Shown: positions 17,116 through 28,242, counted from the first letter of the stretch. The stretch is 64,000 nt of DNA from Acutalibacteraceae bacterium (GCA_045534425.1 JAZSJT010000087.1:1425-65424), one strand, 5' to 3'. Numbers and translations: made by a program. Notes: generated by a model from the letters alone, not told the origin.

Positions 17116-17146
17116 AAAATCGGATACAGAAATGTATCCGATTTTG
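17116..17146 (+). terminator. intrinsic terminator
   Basis: Hairpin atcggataca...tgtatccgat followed by TTTT. Confidence 0.65.
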
Positions 17147-17294
17147 AATTTTGATAAAAAACGGATAAGATAACGCAAAAATGTATCATTATTCACATTA
17201 TTCATCAAAAATACATCAAATTATGCATAAATATTAGCGTGCGGTATCGTGCAAAAAAAACAGCATTTTTTACGAAAAAAATTAAAAAAAATTG

Positions 17295-17323
17295 TTGCAA
17301 TTTACAGAAATATATGGTAGAAT
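17295..17323 (+). promoter_or_regulatory. sigma-A promoter of the S10 operon
   Basis: TTGCAA (17295-17300), 17-nt spacer, TAGAAT (17318-17323) with an extended -10 TG. An A-tract just upstream resembles an UP element. Confidence 0.6.
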
Positions 17324-17650
17324 GCTTTTTGTCTGATGAATGGGTGAATTATGCCCATTCAGTTCAGGATGATATGCGATGATACGGAAGGTGGCTACGC
17401 TTGACGTAGGGAATTTCCGTGGAGTATGTCCGATTATCAAACCGGGCGATTATGTTAATACCGCAACAAGGGGGAAGTCTGTGCCTTAACCGGACTTCCA
17501 AGGATCTTCTGCGGTGAAAATTTCTGTAATTTTGTCCGGAATAGCTTGCGAATATTCCGGATTTAAAAAATGAGAGGTGTGAACAACCCGGCACCGTGTG
17601 GAAATTTTCAAACAGCAAACAGCCCGCCAATGTTTCAAGGAGGCGTAACC
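17324..17650 (+). promoter_or_regulatory. long structured 5' leader upstream of rpsJ (candidate cis-regulatory RNA)
   Basis: No credible ORF. Hairpins at 17337-17361, 17384-17420 (nested), 17461-17514 (nested) and 17535-17561 (9-bp stem followed by UUU). Confidence 0.45.
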
Positions 17651-17965
17651 ATGGCAGTTAAGGAAAAAATCAGAATCAGACTCAAGAGCTACGACCATTC
17701 GCTCGTAGACAAAGCAGCAGAGAGAATCGTTGAAACCGCAAAGCGTACAGGTGCTCAGGTTTCCGGTCCCGTGCCGCTCCCCACAGAGAAGGAAGTTGTA
17801 ACTATCCTTCGTGCTGTTCACAAGTATAAGGATTCCCGTGAACAGTTTGAACAGAGAACCCACAAGAGACTCATTGATGTTATCAAGCCCTCAGCAAAAA
17901 CAGCTGAAGCTTTAACAAATCTTGAGCTTCCCGCCGGCGTTGATATCGAAATCAAGGTTATGTGA
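17651..17965 (+). CDS. rpsJ: 30S ribosomal protein S10
   Basis: [16 protein letters not shown]..., AGGAGG RBS. First gene of the S10 operon. Confidence 0.95.
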   Translation: MAVKEKIRIRLKSYDHSLVDKAAERIVETAKRTGAQVSGPVPLPTEKEVVTILRAVHKYKDSREQFEQRTHKRLIDVIKPSAKTAEALTNLELPAGVDIEIKVM

Positions 17966-18058
17966 TTTCGATTGGCTATAGACAGTAAATAAGCTGTCAA
18001 GCACCGCAGGTCAAGTCGGCACCAAGCCGACCAATAATCTGAAGGAGGAAAAATCAAA

Positions 18059-18694
18059 ATGCAAAAAGGTCTTATCGGTAAGAAGATTGGCATGACTCAG
18101 TTTTTTGACGAGAAGGGAAATGTAATTCCCGTAACCGTTCTTGAAGTTGGTCCTTGTGCAGTCGTACAGAAGAAGACGGAAGAGAAGGACGGCTATAAAG
18201 CAGTTCAGCTCGGATTCGGCGACATGAAGGTTAGCCGCGTAAACAAGCCCATGAAGGGACATTTCGCAAAGGCTGATGTTGCCCCCAAGAAAGTTCTCAA
18301 GGAGTTCAGACTCGCTGACACCGACGCAGTAAACGTAGGTGATGTTCTCAAGGCTGACATTTTCGCAGCAGGTGAGAAGGTTGACATCAGCGGTACCAGC
18401 AAGGGTAAAGGATATGCAGGTGCTATCAAGAGATGGAACTTCGGCAGACTTAAAGAAACACACGGTACCGGTCCCGTAGCAAGACATCAGGGTTCAATGG
18501 GTGCATGCTCAGATCCCTCAAGAGTTTTCAAGGGAAAGAAGATGCCCGGTCATCTTGGTGCTGAAAAGGTCACAGTTCAGAATCTGGACGTAGTTAAGGT
18601 AGATGCAGAAAACAACCTCATCGCAGTTAAGGGTGCTGTTCCCGGTGCCAAGGGCGGTTATGTTGTTATCACAAATGCCGTTAAGAAAGCATAA
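18059..18694 (+). CDS. rplC: 50S ribosomal protein L3
   Basis: [24 protein letters not shown]. Conserved gene order. Confidence 0.95.
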   Translation: MQKGLIGKKIGMTQFFDEKGNVIPVTVLEVGPCAVVQKKTEEKDGYKAVQLGFGDMKVSRVNKPMKGHFAKADVAPKKVLKEFRLADTDAVNVGDVLKADIFAAGEKVDISGTSKGKGYAGAIKRWNFGRLKETHGTGPVARHQGSMGACSDPSRVFKGKKMPGHLGAEKVTVQNLDVVKVDAENNLIAVKGAVPGAKGGYVVITNAVKKA

Positions 18695-18708
18695 GGGAGG
18701 AAAAGAAG

Positions 18709-19332
18709 ATGCCTAAAATTGACGTATTAAATATGGCTGGTGCTAAGGTATCCGAGCTTGAACTTTGCGAAAGCATTTTCGCTATTGAGCCCAACACCTC
18801 TGCTATGCACATCGCAGTTGTTAATTATCTTGCAAATCAGCGTCAGGGTACTCAGTCAACCCTTACCCGTTCAGAAGTATCCGGCGGCGGAAAGAAGCCC
18901 TGGAGACAGAAGGGTACAGGTCGTGCAAGACAGGGTTCCACAAGAGCTCCCCAGTGGTATCACGGCGGTATTGCTCACGGTCCCAAGCCCCGCAGCTACA
19001 GATTTGAAATCAATAAGAAAGTTAAGAGACTTGCTCTCAAGTCCGCTCTTTCTTCCAAGGTTGCAGCAAGTGAAATGATCGTTCTCGACGACCTTACACT
19101 CGCAGCTATCAAGACAAAGGAAGTTGTTAATGTTCTTACTGCCGTTAAAGCAGCAAAGAAGACACTTATCGTTCTTCCCGAAAAGAATGATGTTATCTAT
19201 CGCAGTGCTCGTAACATCGAAGGCGTTAATGTAACATTCGTTAACACTCTCAATGTTTATGACATCCTTAACTGCGACAGCATCGTAGTTCTCAAGGATG
19301 CGGTAGCAAAGATTGAGGAGGTTTATGCATAA
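18709..19332 (+). CDS. rplD: 50S ribosomal protein L4
   Basis: GGGKKPWRQKGTGRARQGS motif. Conserved gene order. Confidence 0.95.
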   Translation: MPKIDVLNMAGAKVSELELCESIFAIEPNTSAMHIAVVNYLANQRQGTQSTLTRSEVSGGGKKPWRQKGTGRARQGSTRAPQWYHGGIAHGPKPRSYRFEINKKVKRLALKSALSSKVAASEMIVLDDLTLAAIKTKEVVNVLTAVKAAKKTLIVLPEKNDVIYRSARNIEGVNVTFVNTLNVYDILNCDSIVVLKDAVAKIEEVYA

Positions 19333-19628
19333 TGAGTAAGTTCGCACAGGATATAATCCTCAAGCCCGTAGTTACCGAAGAAAGTATGCTCGGTACAGCA
19401 GAAAAGAAATACACTTTTGTTGTTGCTAAAGATGCAAACAAAATTGAAATCGCCAAAGCAGTTGAAGAACTCTTCGGTGTAAAGGTTGACAAGGTCAACA
19501 CATTAAATGTTCGTGGTCACTTACGTCGTTACGGCAGATTTGAAGGCTATAAGCCCTCATGGAAAAAGGCTGTTGTAACTCTTACTGAAGACTCCAAGAC
19601 AATTGAGTTCTTTGACGGTATGTTCTAA
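19332..19628 (+). CDS. rplW: 50S ribosomal protein L23
   Basis: 98 aa, KYTFVVAKDANKIEIAKAVEELFGVKV. ATGA overlap with rplD. Confidence 0.95.
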   Translation: MSKFAQDIILKPVVTEESMLGTAEKKYTFVVAKDANKIEIAKAVEELFGVKVDKVNTLNVRGHLRRYGRFEGYKPSWKKAVVTLTEDSKTIEFFDGMF

Positions 19629-19726
19629 TAGACCTTCCGGACAGCGATGTATGGTTTAGCCGGCCGCTAAACTATCCGGAAACCGAACACAATTTTTTCA
19701 AAATTATGAAAGGCGTGTGAAAAACA

Positions 19727-20560
19727 ATGGCTATGAAAGTCTATAAGCCGACAACTAACGGTCGCCGCAATATGTCCACGATCGATTACACACAGTTGTC
19801 CAAGGTTGAGCCTGAAAGAAGCCTCCTTGAACCCCTCAAGAAGACATCAGGCAGAAACAGTTACGGCAGAATTACTGTTCGTCATCACGGCGGCGGTAAC
19901 CGTCAGAAGTATCGTATAATTGACTTCAAGAGATCTAAAGTGGATATGCCCGCAACAGTTCTCACTCTTGAATACGATCCCAATCGTTCAGCATTTATCG
20001 CTCTTATTCAGTATGAAGACGGCGTTAAGAATTACATCATTGCTCCCTCAGGCCTCAAGGTCGGAGACACAGTAGTTGCAGGTGCTTCTGCTGACATCAA
20101 GGTTGGTAACGCTCTTCCTCTTGTGAACATCCCCACAGGTACATTTATTCACAATGTAGAGCTTTATCCCGGCCGCGGCGGTCAGCTTGCAAGAAGTGCA
20201 GGTAACGCAGCACAGCTTATGGCTAAGGAAGGAAAGTATGCTCTCCTTCGTCTTCCCTCAGGTGAGCTTCGTAATGTTCCCGTAAATTGCATGGCAACAA
20301 TCGGTACAGTAAGCAACGAAGATCACATCAACGTTAAAATCGGTAAAGCAGGTCGTACACGTCATATGGGCGTTCGTCCCACAGTCCGCGGTTCAGTTAT
20401 GAACCCCTGTGATCACCCCCACGGCGGTGGTGAAGGTAAGTCACCCATCGGTCGTCCCGGTCCTGTTACTCCCTGGGGCAAGCCCGCTCTCGGTTATAAG
20501 ACACGTGCAAAGCACAAGCAGTCCGATAAGCTTATCGTAAGACGTGCTAATGCTAAATAA
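19727..20560 (+). CDS. rplB: 50S ribosomal protein L2
   Basis: YKPTTNGRR...[11 protein letters not shown] motifs. Confidence 0.95.
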   Translation: MAMKVYKPTTNGRRNMSTIDYTQLSKVEPERSLLEPLKKTSGRNSYGRITVRHHGGGNRQKYRIIDFKRSKVDMPATVLTLEYDPNRSAFIALIQYEDGVKNYIIAPSGLKVGDTVVAGASADIKVGNALPLVNIPTGTFIHNVELYPGRGGQLARSAGNAAQLMAKEGKYALLRLPSGELRNVPVNCMATIGTVSNEDHINVKIGKAGRTRHMGVRPTVRGSVMNPCDHPHGGGEGKSPIGRPGPVTPWGKPALGYKTRAKHKQSDKLIVRRANAK

Positions 20561-20580
20561 ACGGAAAGGAGCAATAAATA

Positions 20581-20862
20581 ATGGGTAGAAGTACTAAAAA
20601 AGGACCTTTCGTGCAGCCCAAGCTTCTCGAAAGAGTCATTAAAATGAACGAAAACGGCGAAAAAATCGTCCTCAAAACCTGGAGCCGCAGCTCCACAATC
20701 TTCCCTGAATTTGTTGGTCACACCTTTGCCGTACATGACGGACGTAAGCACGTTCCCGTATATGTAACAGAAGATATGGTTGGTCACAAATTAGGTGAAT
20801 TCGCTCCTACAAGAACCTTCAAGGGTCATGCAGGATCAAAAACATCAAATAACGGTAAATAA
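20581..20862 (+). CDS. rpsS: 30S ribosomal protein S19
   Basis: [11 protein letters not shown]...[11 protein letters not shown]. Confidence 0.95.
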   Translation: MGRSTKKGPFVQPKLLERVIKMNENGEKIVLKTWSRSSTIFPEFVGHTFAVHDGRKHVPVYVTEDMVGHKLGEFAPTRTFKGHAGSKTSNNGK

Positions 20863-20881
20863 GCCGAAAGGAGTGTAAACA

Positions 20882-21217
20882 ATGGAAGCAAGAGCAAAAG
20901 CGACTTTTGAGCGCATCGCTCCCCGTAAGGTTCAGATAGTTCTCGACCTTATCAGAAACAAGCCCGCTGAAGAAGCAATGGCAATCCTTAAGTTCACACC
21001 CAAGGCAGCTTGTGAACCCGTTGCAAAGCTTCTTAAATCCGCTATGGCTAATGCGGAAAACAATTTCGACATGGATGTTTCAAGACTCTATGTTGCAGAA
21101 TGCACAGTATCTCAGGGTCCCACTCTCAAGAGAATCAGACCCAGAGCACACGGCAGAGCATTCAGAATAAACAAGAAGACATCACATATCAACCTTGTAC
21201 TCAAGGAAATGGAATAA
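20882..21217 (+). CDS. rplV: 50S ribosomal protein L22
   Basis: [16 protein letters not shown]. Conserved gene order. Confidence 0.95.
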   Translation: MEARAKATFERIAPRKVQIVLDLIRNKPAEEAMAILKFTPKAACEPVAKLLKSAMANAENNFDMDVSRLYVAECTVSQGPTLKRIRPRAHGRAFRINKKTSHINLVLKEME

Positions 21218-21238
21218 TCGGGGAGGAGGAATTAAACA

Positions 21239-21910
21239 ATGGGACAGAAAATTAATCCTACCGGTTTAAGAATCGGTGTCATTAAGGATTGGGAATCTCG
21301 CTGGTATGCAGGTAAGTCAACATTCGGTGATACTCTCGTAGCTGACTACAAGGTTCGTGAGTATCTTCTCAACGCCCTTAATTCTGCTGGCGTTCCCAAA
21401 ATTGAAATTGAACGTGATCCTAAGAGAATCCGTATCAACATTCACTGTGCAAAGCCCGGTATGGTAATCGGTAAGGGCGGTGCAGAAATCGAAAAGATTA
21501 AGGCAACTTGCAAGAAGATGCTCGGTGAAAGCAAGGATGTTTTCATCAACATCATCGAAATCAAGCAGCCCGACCTCAATTCACAGCTTGTAGCAGAAAA
21601 GATTGCTATGCAGCTTGAAAAGAGAGTTTCCTTCCGCCGTGCAGTTAAGCAGGCAATCGGCAGCACAATGAGACTTGGTGCAGCAGGTATCAAGATTCAG
21701 TGCGGCGGCAGACTCGGCGGTGCAGAAATCGCACGTTCCGAGACATATAAGGAAGGCACAATTCCGCTTCAGACAATCAGAGCTGACATTGACTACGGCT
21801 TTGCAGAAGCAAAAACAACCTACGGCCGAATAGGCGTTAAGGTTTGGATTTATAAAGGCGAGGTTCTTCACGAAACCGCAACTAAGAAAAGAAGAGACAG
21901 GAGGGCTTAA
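21239..21910 (+). CDS. rpsC: 30S ribosomal protein S3
   Basis: [13 protein letters not shown]..., KH domain. Confidence 0.95.
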   Translation: MGQKINPTGLRIGVIKDWESRWYAGKSTFGDTLVADYKVREYLLNALNSAGVPKIEIERDPKRIRINIHCAKPGMVIGKGGAEIEKIKATCKKMLGESKDVFINIIEIKQPDLNSQLVAEKIAMQLEKRVSFRRAVKQAIGSTMRLGAAGIKIQCGGRLGGAEIARSETYKEGTIPLQTIRADIDYGFAEAKTTYGRIGVKVWIYKGEVLHETATKKRRDRRA

Positions 21911-21912
21911 AA

Positions 21913-22338
21913 ATGTTATTGCCTAAGCGCGTTAAATACCGCAGACAGCAGAGAGGTCGCCTCAAGGGCGCTGCACATCGTGGCAATACTGTTACTTACG
22001 GCAACTTTGGCCTTGTAGCACTTGAGCCCGCATGGATCACCTCAAATCAGATCGAAGCAGCCCGTATCGCTATGACAAGATACATCAAGCGTGGCGGTCA
22101 GGTTTGGATCAAGATATTCCCCGACAAGCCCATCACAGAAAAGCCTGCTGAAACCCGAATGGGTTCAGGTAAAGGTTCACCTGAATATTGGGTAGCTGTT
22201 GTAAAACCCGGCAGAGTTATGTTTGAAATCGCCGGTGTTGACGAAGCAGTAGCAAGAGAAGCTATGCGTCTTGCTGCAAACAAACTTCCCATCAAGTGTA
22301 AGTTTGTAACTAAGGAAGAACAGGGTGGTGAGTCATAA
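21913..22338 (+). CDS. rplP: 50S ribosomal protein L16
   Basis: [19 protein letters not shown]. Confidence 0.95.
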   Translation: MLLPKRVKYRRQQRGRLKGAAHRGNTVTYGNFGLVALEPAWITSNQIEAARIAMTRYIKRGGQVWIKIFPDKPITEKPAETRMGSGKGSPEYWVAVVKPGRVMFEIAGVDEAVAREAMRLAANKLPIKCKFVTKEEQGGES

Positions 22339-22541
22339 TGAAAGCCAGTGAAATCAGAAAGATGTCCGCTGCGGAGTTGGATGCTAAGCTCCTTGAGCTC
22401 AAGGATGAACTTTTCAAGCTGCGCTTCCAGCAGGCCATCAACCAGCTCGAAAACCCCATGCGTATCAGTGCCGTTAAGAAGGATATTGCAAGAGTACTCA
22501 CAGTACTCAGAGATGTAGAACTTCACGGCAAGGATGCTTAA
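22338..22541 (+). CDS. rpmC: 50S ribosomal protein L29
   Basis: [19 protein letters not shown]. Confidence 0.93.
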   Translation: MKASEIRKMSAAELDAKLLELKDELFKLRFQQAINQLENPMRISAVKKDIARVLTVLRDVELHGKDA

Positions 22542-22560
22542 GACAGGGAGGTACGCAGTT

Positions 22561-22815
22561 ATGGAAAGAAATTTAAGAAAAACCCGTGTCGGCATTGTAA
22601 CAAGTGATAAGATGGATAAGACCGTTGTTGTTTCCGTTAAGGACAAGGTAAGACATCCTCTTTACAAGAAGATCGTGAACCACACAATCAAGCTCAAGGC
22701 TCATGATGAAAAGAACGAATGCGGCATTGGTGACCGTGTATTACTGATGGAAACCCGTCCTCTTTCAAAGGATAAGAGATGGCGTGTGGTTGAAATCATC
22801 GAGAAAGCAAAATAA
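22561..22815 (+). CDS. rpsQ: 30S ribosomal protein S17
   Basis: [19 protein letters not shown]. Start moved to ATG 22561, behind GGAGG. Confidence 0.92.
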   Translation: MERNLRKTRVGIVTSDKMDKTVVVSVKDKVRHPLYKKIVNHTIKLKAHDEKNECGIGDRVLLMETRPLSKDKRWRVVEIIEKAK

Positions 22816-22827
22816 GGAGGCACATTC

Positions 22828-23196
22828 ATGATTCAGCAGCAGACTTTACTCAAAGTCGCCGATAATACCGGTGCTAAGGAGCTTATGTGCATCCGTGTAC
22901 TTGGTGGTACAGGCAGAAAATATGCCAATATCGGTGATGTTGTAGTTGCTTCTGTTAAGAAGGCTACACCCGGCGGCGTTGTTAAAAAGGGTGACGTTGT
23001 TAAGGCAGTTATCGTTCGTTCCGCAAAGGGCGTAAGAAGAGATGACGGCACATACATCCGTTTTGATGAAAACGCAGCAGTTATTATTAAGGAAGACAAG
23101 AACCCCAGAGGTACCCGTATCTTTGGACCGGTAGCAAGAGAGCTTCGTGATAAGGATTATTCCAAAATCCTCAGCCTCGCTCCCGAAGTACTTTAA
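22828..23196 (+). CDS. rplN: 50S ribosomal protein L14
   Basis: [18 protein letters not shown]. Confidence 0.95.
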   Translation: MIQQQTLLKVADNTGAKELMCIRVLGGTGRKYANIGDVVVASVKKATPGGVVKKGDVVKAVIVRSAKGVRRDDGTYIRFDENAAVIIKEDKNPRGTRIFGPVARELRDKDYSKILSLAPEVL

Positions 23197-23211
23197 TAGG
23201 AGGAGCGAAAA

Positions 23212-23535
23212 ATGAGTAAGAAAGTTCATGTAAAGACCGGCGATACAGTAATCGTTATCAACGGTAAGGACAGAGGCAAGACCGGTAAGGTTATGGCAGT
23301 TTCTCCTTCCGAAGGCAAGGTTATTGTTGAAGGTGTAAATATTGTATCAAAGCATGTTAAGCCCAGAAAGATGGGCGAGGCAGGCGGCATCATCAAGGCT
23401 GAAAGTGCTCTTTACGCTGACAAGGTTCAGCTTGTTTGCCCCAAGTGCGGCAAGGCTGTAAGAGTAGGCCACGTTGTTAATGATGCAGGTAAAAAGGTTC
23501 GCGTTTGCAAAAAGTGCGGCGCACACATTGAGTAA
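23212..23535 (+). CDS. rplX: 50S ribosomal protein L24
   Basis: KOW motif GDTVIVINGKDRGKTGKV, plus a C-terminal CxxC...CxxC extension. Confidence 0.93.
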   Translation: MSKKVHVKTGDTVIVINGKDRGKTGKVMAVSPSEGKVIVEGVNIVSKHVKPRKMGEAGGIIKAESALYADKVQLVCPKCGKAVRVGHVVNDAGKKVRVCKKCGAHIE

Positions 23536-23554
23536 TTAAGGGAGGACAACAAAA

Positions 23555-24094
23555 ATGGCAAGACTTAAAACAATGTATACTGCTGACGTTGCTCCCGCAC
23601 TCATGAAGAAATTCAACTACAAGAGTGTTATGCAGATTCCCAAGATTGATAAGGTTGTTATCAATGTTGGCTGCGGTGAAGCACGTGACAACCCCAAGGC
23701 AGTTGACGCTATCGTAGGCGATATCGGCAAGATTACCGGTCAGAAGCCCGTAGTTTGCCTTGCAAAGAAATCAGTCGCTAACTTTAAGCTTCGTGAGGGT
23801 ATGCCCAACGGTGTTAAAGTTACTCTCAGAGGTGAGAGAATGTATGAGTTCCTTGACAGACTCTTCAATCTCGCTCTTCCCAGAGTTCGTGACTTCAGAG
23901 GCATTAACCCCAACTCCTTCGACGGCAGAGGTAACTACTCTCTCGGCGTTAAGGAACAGCTCATTTTCCCCGAAATTGAGTACGACAAGATCGACAAGGT
24001 CCGCGGTATGGATATCTGTATCGTAACTACTGCAGGAACTGATGAAGAAGCAAGAGAGCTCCTCACACTTATGGGCGCTCCCTTCGCAAAATAA
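23555..24094 (+). CDS. rplE: 50S ribosomal protein L5
   Basis: MARLKTMY...[11 protein letters not shown]. Confidence 0.95.
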   Translation: MARLKTMYTADVAPALMKKFNYKSVMQIPKIDKVVINVGCGEARDNPKAVDAIVGDIGKITGQKPVVCLAKKSVANFKLREGMPNGVKVTLRGERMYEFLDRLFNLALPRVRDFRGINPNSFDGRGNYSLGVKEQLIFPEIEYDKIDKVRGMDICIVTTAGTDEEARELLTLMGAPFAK

Positions 24095-24107
24095 GGAGGG
24101 GTAACAA

Positions 24108-24293
24108 ATGGCAAAGACATCAATGAAAGTTAAGCAGGCAAGACCTGCTAAATATTCAACCAGAGCTTATAACAGATGCAAGATTTGCGGAAGACCCCAC
24201 GCTTATTTGCGTAAGTACGGTGTATGCCGTATCTGCTTCAGAGAACTTGCACATGCCGGACAGATTCCCGGTGTTAAGAAAGCTAGCTGGTAA
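24108..24293 (+). CDS. rpsN: 30S ribosomal protein S14, type Z (zinc-binding)
   Basis: 61 aa with CKICGRPH...CRICFRE. Confidence 0.93.
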   Translation: MAKTSMKVKQARPAKYSTRAYNRCKICGRPHAYLRKYGVCRICFRELAHAGQIPGVKKASW

Positions 24294-24324
24294 TTAGAGC
24301 TTAAAGCAAAAGGAGGTTTACGGT

Positions 24325-24723
24325 ATGCAGATTACCGATCCCATCGCTGATATGCTTACAAGAATAAGAAACGCTAATTCTGCTAAGCATGACACAGTTT
24401 CTGTTCCTGCTTCAAACATGAAGAAGGCTATTGCTCAGATTCTTGTGGACGAGGGTTATATTAAGAGTTTCAAGGTAATTGAGGACGGCAAGCAGGGCGT
24501 TATCGAAATCGCTCTCAAGTACGGTCCCAACAAGAGCCAGGTTCTTCTTGGCTTACGCAGAGTTTCAAAGCCCGGCCTGCGTATATATGCAGATGTAGAA
24601 AATATGCCTAAGGTTATGAAAGGCCTTGGTATTGCAATTCTTTCAACATCAAAGGGTATTATGACAGATAAGGATGCACGCAAAGCTAATGTAGGCGGCG
24701 AAGTCCTTGCATTTATTTGGTAA
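24325..24723 (+). CDS. rpsH: 30S ribosomal protein S8
   Basis: [15 protein letters not shown]. Confidence 0.95.
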   Translation: MQITDPIADMLTRIRNANSAKHDTVSVPASNMKKAIAQILVDEGYIKSFKVIEDGKQGVIEIALKYGPNKSQVLLGLRRVSKPGLRIYADVENMPKVMKGLGIAILSTSKGIMTDKDARKANVGGEVLAFIW

Positions 24724-24738
24724 GGAGGAACATAAGGG

Positions 24739-25284
24739 ATGTCACGTATAGGTAGATTACCCATTACTGTTCCGGCCGGTGTTGAAGTTAAACTTGACGG
24801 CAACACAGTCACTGTAAAAGGTGCAAAAGGTACACTTACCGGAACATTTAACAGCAATATGACAATCACTCTTGACGGCGGCGTTGTTACTGTTACACGT
24901 CCCAATGACCAGAAGGAAAACAGAGCTCTTCACGGTCTCACAAGAACACTTATTGCTAATATGATCGAAGGCGTATCAAACGGCTTCAAGAAAGAGCTCG
25001 AAATCGTAGGTATCGGTTATCGTTGTGCTCTTCAGGGCAAGGATCTTGTTCTTAACGTTGGTTACTCTCATCAGGTTGTTATGACACCTCCTGAAGGCGT
25101 AACAGTTGAGGTTCCCGGTCCCAACAAAATCATTGTAAACGGTTATGACAAGCAGAAGGTCGGCCAGTTTGCAGCAGAGGTCAGAGGCGTTCGTCCTCCC
25201 GAACCCTACAAGGGCAAGGGCATCAAGTATGTTGATGAAGTTGTACGCCGTAAAGAAGGTAAAGCCGGTAAGGGCGGCAAATAA
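24739..25284 (+). CDS. rplF: 50S ribosomal protein L6
   Basis: [17 protein letters not shown]. Confidence 0.95.
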   Translation: MSRIGRLPITVPAGVEVKLDGNTVTVKGAKGTLTGTFNSNMTITLDGGVVTVTRPNDQKENRALHGLTRTLIANMIEGVSNGFKKELEIVGIGYRCALQGKDLVLNVGYSHQVVMTPPEGVTVEVPGPNKIIVNGYDKQKVGQFAAEVRGVRPPEPYKGKGIKYVDEVVRRKEGKAGKGGK

Positions 25285-25302
25285 TAACAGGAGGATACTT
25301 TT

Positions 25303-25662
25303 ATGGTTAACAGACCTAACACAGCAAAGGCAAGACAGGCTCGTCATAAGAGAGTTCGTGGTAAAATCCACGGCACTGCCGAGTGTCCTCGCCTCAATGT
25401 TTTCCGCTCACTCAAGCACATCTATGCTCAGCTTATTGATGACGATAAGGGTGTAACACTCGTAAGTGCTTCAACTGCTGAAAAGGATTTCACAGAGTAC
25501 GGCGGAAACGTAGAAGCCGCAAAGAAAGTCGGCTTAGCATTAGCTCAGAGAGCTGCGGAAAAGAATATCGATGTATGTGTATTCGACCGTGGCGGTTACA
25601 TTTATCACGGCCGTGTCCAGGGCTTGGCCGAAGGCGCCCGTGAGGGTGGCCTCAAGTTCTAA
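25303..25662 (+). CDS. rplR: 50S ribosomal protein L18
   Basis: [23 protein letters not shown]. Confidence 0.95.
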   Translation: MVNRPNTAKARQARHKRVRGKIHGTAECPRLNVFRSLKHIYAQLIDDDKGVTLVSASTAEKDFTEYGGNVEAAKKVGLALAQRAAEKNIDVCVFDRGGYIYHGRVQGLAEGAREGGLKF

Positions 25663-25679
25663 TGAAGGAGGAATGACTT

Positions 25680-26183
25680 TTGGCTAAGTTTGAAACACAG
25701 AAAGAAAACGAGCTTCAGGAGAGAGTTGTTGCTATCAACCGTGTATCAAAGACTGTTAAGGGTGGTCGTATCTACAAATTCGCTGCTCTCGTAGTTGTTG
25801 GTGACGGTAACGGCACAATCGGCTTCGGTCTCGGTAAGTCCGGTGAAGTTCCGGATGCTATCCGCAAGGGTATTGAAGATGCAAAGAAAAATCTTATGAA
25901 AGTTTCCCTCAGAGGCACCACAATTCCTCATGAGATCATCGGCAAGTTCGGTGCAGGCGTAGTTCTTCTCAAGCCTGCAGCACCCGGTACCGGTGTTATC
26001 GCCGGCGGTCCCGTTCGTGCAGTTGTTGAAACAGTTGGTATCAAGGATATCAGAACTAAGGCTCTTCGTTCAAACAACCCCTGCAACGTAGTAAGAGCTA
26101 CACTTAACGGCCTTTCACTTCTTCGTAACGCTGACGAAGTTGCAGCAGTTAGAGGAAAGACAGTTAAGGAAATATTAGGATAA
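25680..26183 (+). CDS. rpsE: 30S ribosomal protein S5
   Basis: TTG start at 25680, behind [21 protein letters not shown]. Confidence 0.93.
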   Translation: MAKFETQKENELQERVVAINRVSKTVKGGRIYKFAALVVVGDGNGTIGFGLGKSGEVPDAIRKGIEDAKKNLMKVSLRGTTIPHEIIGKFGAGVVLLKPAAPGTGVIAGGPVRAVVETVGIKDIRTKALRSNNPCNVVRATLNGLSLLRNADEVAAVRGKTVKEILG

Positions 26184-26197
26184 GGAGTGAAGTACTA

Positions 26198-26377
26198 ATG
26201 GCAGATATCAAGGTTAAGCTCGTAAAGAGCCTTATCGGTTGCAAGAAAGACCAGATTGCCACAGCACAGTCACTCGGTCTTCGTAAAATTGGTGACGTTT
26301 CGGTTCAGCCCGACAACGCTCAGACCAAAGGTAAGGTAAACAAAATCGGTTTCCTTCTCGAAGTTACTGAAGCTTAA
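26198..26377 (+). CDS. rpmD: 50S ribosomal protein L30
   Basis: Manual translation: [32 protein letters not shown]... (59 aa, below the ORF-track cutoff). Confidence 0.9.
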   Translation: MADIKVKLVKSLIGCKKDQIATAQSLGLRKIGDVSVQPDNAQTKGKVNKIGFLLEVTEA

Positions 26378-26399
26378 GAGCAGAAAGGATGCTTAAATT

Positions 26400-26846
26400 A
26401 TGAAAATTCACGAGTTATCGCCTGCTCCCGGTTCAAACAGACCGGTTAAGCGTATAGGCAGAGGACCTGCTTCCGGTCAGGGTAAGACCGCAGGTAAAGG
26501 TCATAAGGGTCAGAAGGCAAGAGCAGGCCGCGGTATGAATCCCGGCTTCGAAGGCGGTCAGATGCCCTTACAGAGAAGACTCCCCAAGAGAGGCTTCAAC
26601 AACATCTTCGCAAAGGAAATTGCTATTGTAAATGTAGCAGCTCTTGATGCAGCATTCGATAACGGTGCAGTTGTAGACGCAGCAGCTCTTATCGAAAAAG
26701 GTCTTGTTAAGAAAGAACTTGACGGCATTAAGATCCTTGCACACGGTGAGCTTACAAAGAAGCTTACTGTTAAGGCACACGCCTTTTCCGCTGAAGCAAA
26801 AGCAAAAATTGAAGCAGCAGGCGGCACAGCTGAAGTTATTGAATAG
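26400..26846 (+). CDS. rplO: 50S ribosomal protein L15
   Basis: [17 protein letters not shown]...GHKGQKAR. Confidence 0.95.
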   Translation: MKIHELSPAPGSNRPVKRIGRGPASGQGKTAGKGHKGQKARAGRGMNPGFEGGQMPLQRRLPKRGFNNIFAKEIAIVNVAALDAAFDNGAVVDAAALIEKGLVKKELDGIKILAHGELTKKLTVKAHAFSAEAKAKIEAAGGTAEVIE

Positions 26847-26897
26847 TAACTGTTTCAATTTTAATTTTTAACGGAAAAGGAAGGAGCGTGTACACAA

Positions 26898-28226
26898 ATG
26901 ATTAAAACTATGGTCAATGCATGGAAGATTGCTGACCTGCGTAAAAAGCTTTTATACACAGCGTTCATTCTCTTCCTGTTCAGATTAGGTTGCGCAATAC
27001 CTGTTCCTTTCATCAACATCGTTGCTGAAAACGGACTTGTAGGCGACAACACCGGCACTTTCCTCAACTATCTTTCAATGATGACCGGTGAAGCATTTAA
27101 CTATGGTCGTGTTTTTGCATTAGGTATCACACCCTACATTAATGCCTCCATTATTCTCCAGCTTCTTGCTGTTGCTATTCCGGCTCTTGAAAAGCTTTCT
27201 CACGATGAGGAAGGCCGTAAAAAGATGGCAACCATCACACGTTATGTAACAATTGCTCTTGCAATTCTTCAGAGTATTGCTTACTTTGTTTACATCTGGA
27301 GTCAGGGAATGCTCACTCCCGGTGCAGACGGCAAGGCTTACACAGGTTTCGGAGTCTTCTTCCAGGGACTTGTAGTTGTTTCCGTTCTCACAGCAGGTTC
27401 CGCACTTGTTATGTGGCTCGGTGAACAGATTAACGAAAAGGGTATCGGAAACGGTATTTCTCTCATCCTTTTCGCAGGTATCGTATCCCGTGTTCCCACC
27501 ATCCTTTATCAGATGGTAATGGCAGTATGGCGTACAGGAAAATGGTACTGGCTCATTGCTCCCTTAGCACTTATAAGCCTTCTCGCAATGATTGTTTATA
27601 TCTGCTTTATGGACGGCGGTGAACGCAGAATCCCCGTACAGTATGCAAAGAAAGTTGTCGGCCGTAAGATGTATGGCGGACAGAGCTCCAACATTCCGAT
27701 TAAGGTTAATATGTCCGGTGTTCTTCCCGTTATCTTCGCAAGCTCAATACTTTCTCTTCCTCCCACAATCGAAATGTTTATTGACAATAAGCTTGAAGAT
27801 GAATCCTTCTGGCGTACATTCTTCGGTTGGTTCAAGGCAGACCATTGGGTTTACGGAATTATCTATTTCTTACTCATAATCTTCTTCGCATATTTCTATT
27901 CATCAATTCAGTATAATCCCGTTGATATGGCTAACAATCTTGCAAAGAACTCCGGTATGATTCCCGGTATCCGTTCAGGTAAGCCCACAGCAGAATATAT
28001 TGCTAAGGTTATCGGCAAGATGGTTCTTCTCGGTGCTCTTATGCTGAGTGTGTGCGCACTTTTCCCCATCCTCTTCGCTCAGATCACAACAGCCGTAGGC
28101 TATGGTGAAATTGACGTTTCAATCGGCGGTACATCAATCATAATTCTTGTTGGTGTTGCTCTTGAAACTGTTGCTCAGATCGAAAGCCAGATGATGATGC
28201 GTCACTACAAGGGCTTCCTTGATTAA
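26898..28226 (+). CDS. secY: preprotein translocase subunit SecY
   Basis: 442 aa, ten-TM profile. Conserved position after rplO. Confidence 0.95.
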   Translation: MIKTMVNAWKIADLRKKLLYTAFILFLFRLGCAIPVPFINIVAENGLVGDNTGTFLNYLSMMTGEAFNYGRVFALGITPYINASIILQLLAVAIPALEKLSHDEEGRKKMATITRYVTIALAILQSIAYFVYIWSQGMLTPGADGKAYTGFGVFFQGLVVVSVLTAGSALVMWLGEQINEKGIGNGISLILFAGIVSRVPTILYQMVMAVWRTGKWYWLIAPLALISLLAMIVYICFMDGGERRIPVQYAKKVVGRKMYGGQSSNIPIKVNMSGVLPVIFASSILSLPPTIEMFIDNKLEDESFWRTFFGWFKADHWVYGIIYFLLIIFFAYFYSSIQYNPVDMANNLAKNSGMIPGIRSGKPTAEYIAKVIGKMVLLGALMLSVCALFPILFAQITTAVGYGEIDVSIGGTSIIILVGVALETVAQIESQMMMRHYKGFLD

Positions 28227-28242
28227 TAAGGAGGACAAACCG

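Noticed and set aside
17535-17570. The leader hairpin as a classical intrinsic terminator
   Set aside because: The 9-bp stem is followed by only three U and then an A-run. It is kept as part of the leader structure and not called a terminator.
17364-17863. ORFs of 88 and 125 aa (-), and the upstream extension of the rpsJ frame (17570)
   Set aside because: They lie in the S10 leader or antisense to rpsJ, with no RBS and unnatural composition. The rpsJ start at 17651 has an AGGAGG RBS and the canonical S10 N-terminus.
22098-22646. 182-aa ORF antisense to rplP, rpmC and rpsQ
   Set aside because: It spans three highly conserved ribosomal protein genes on the opposite strand. Long antisense ORFs are common in such codon-biased genes.
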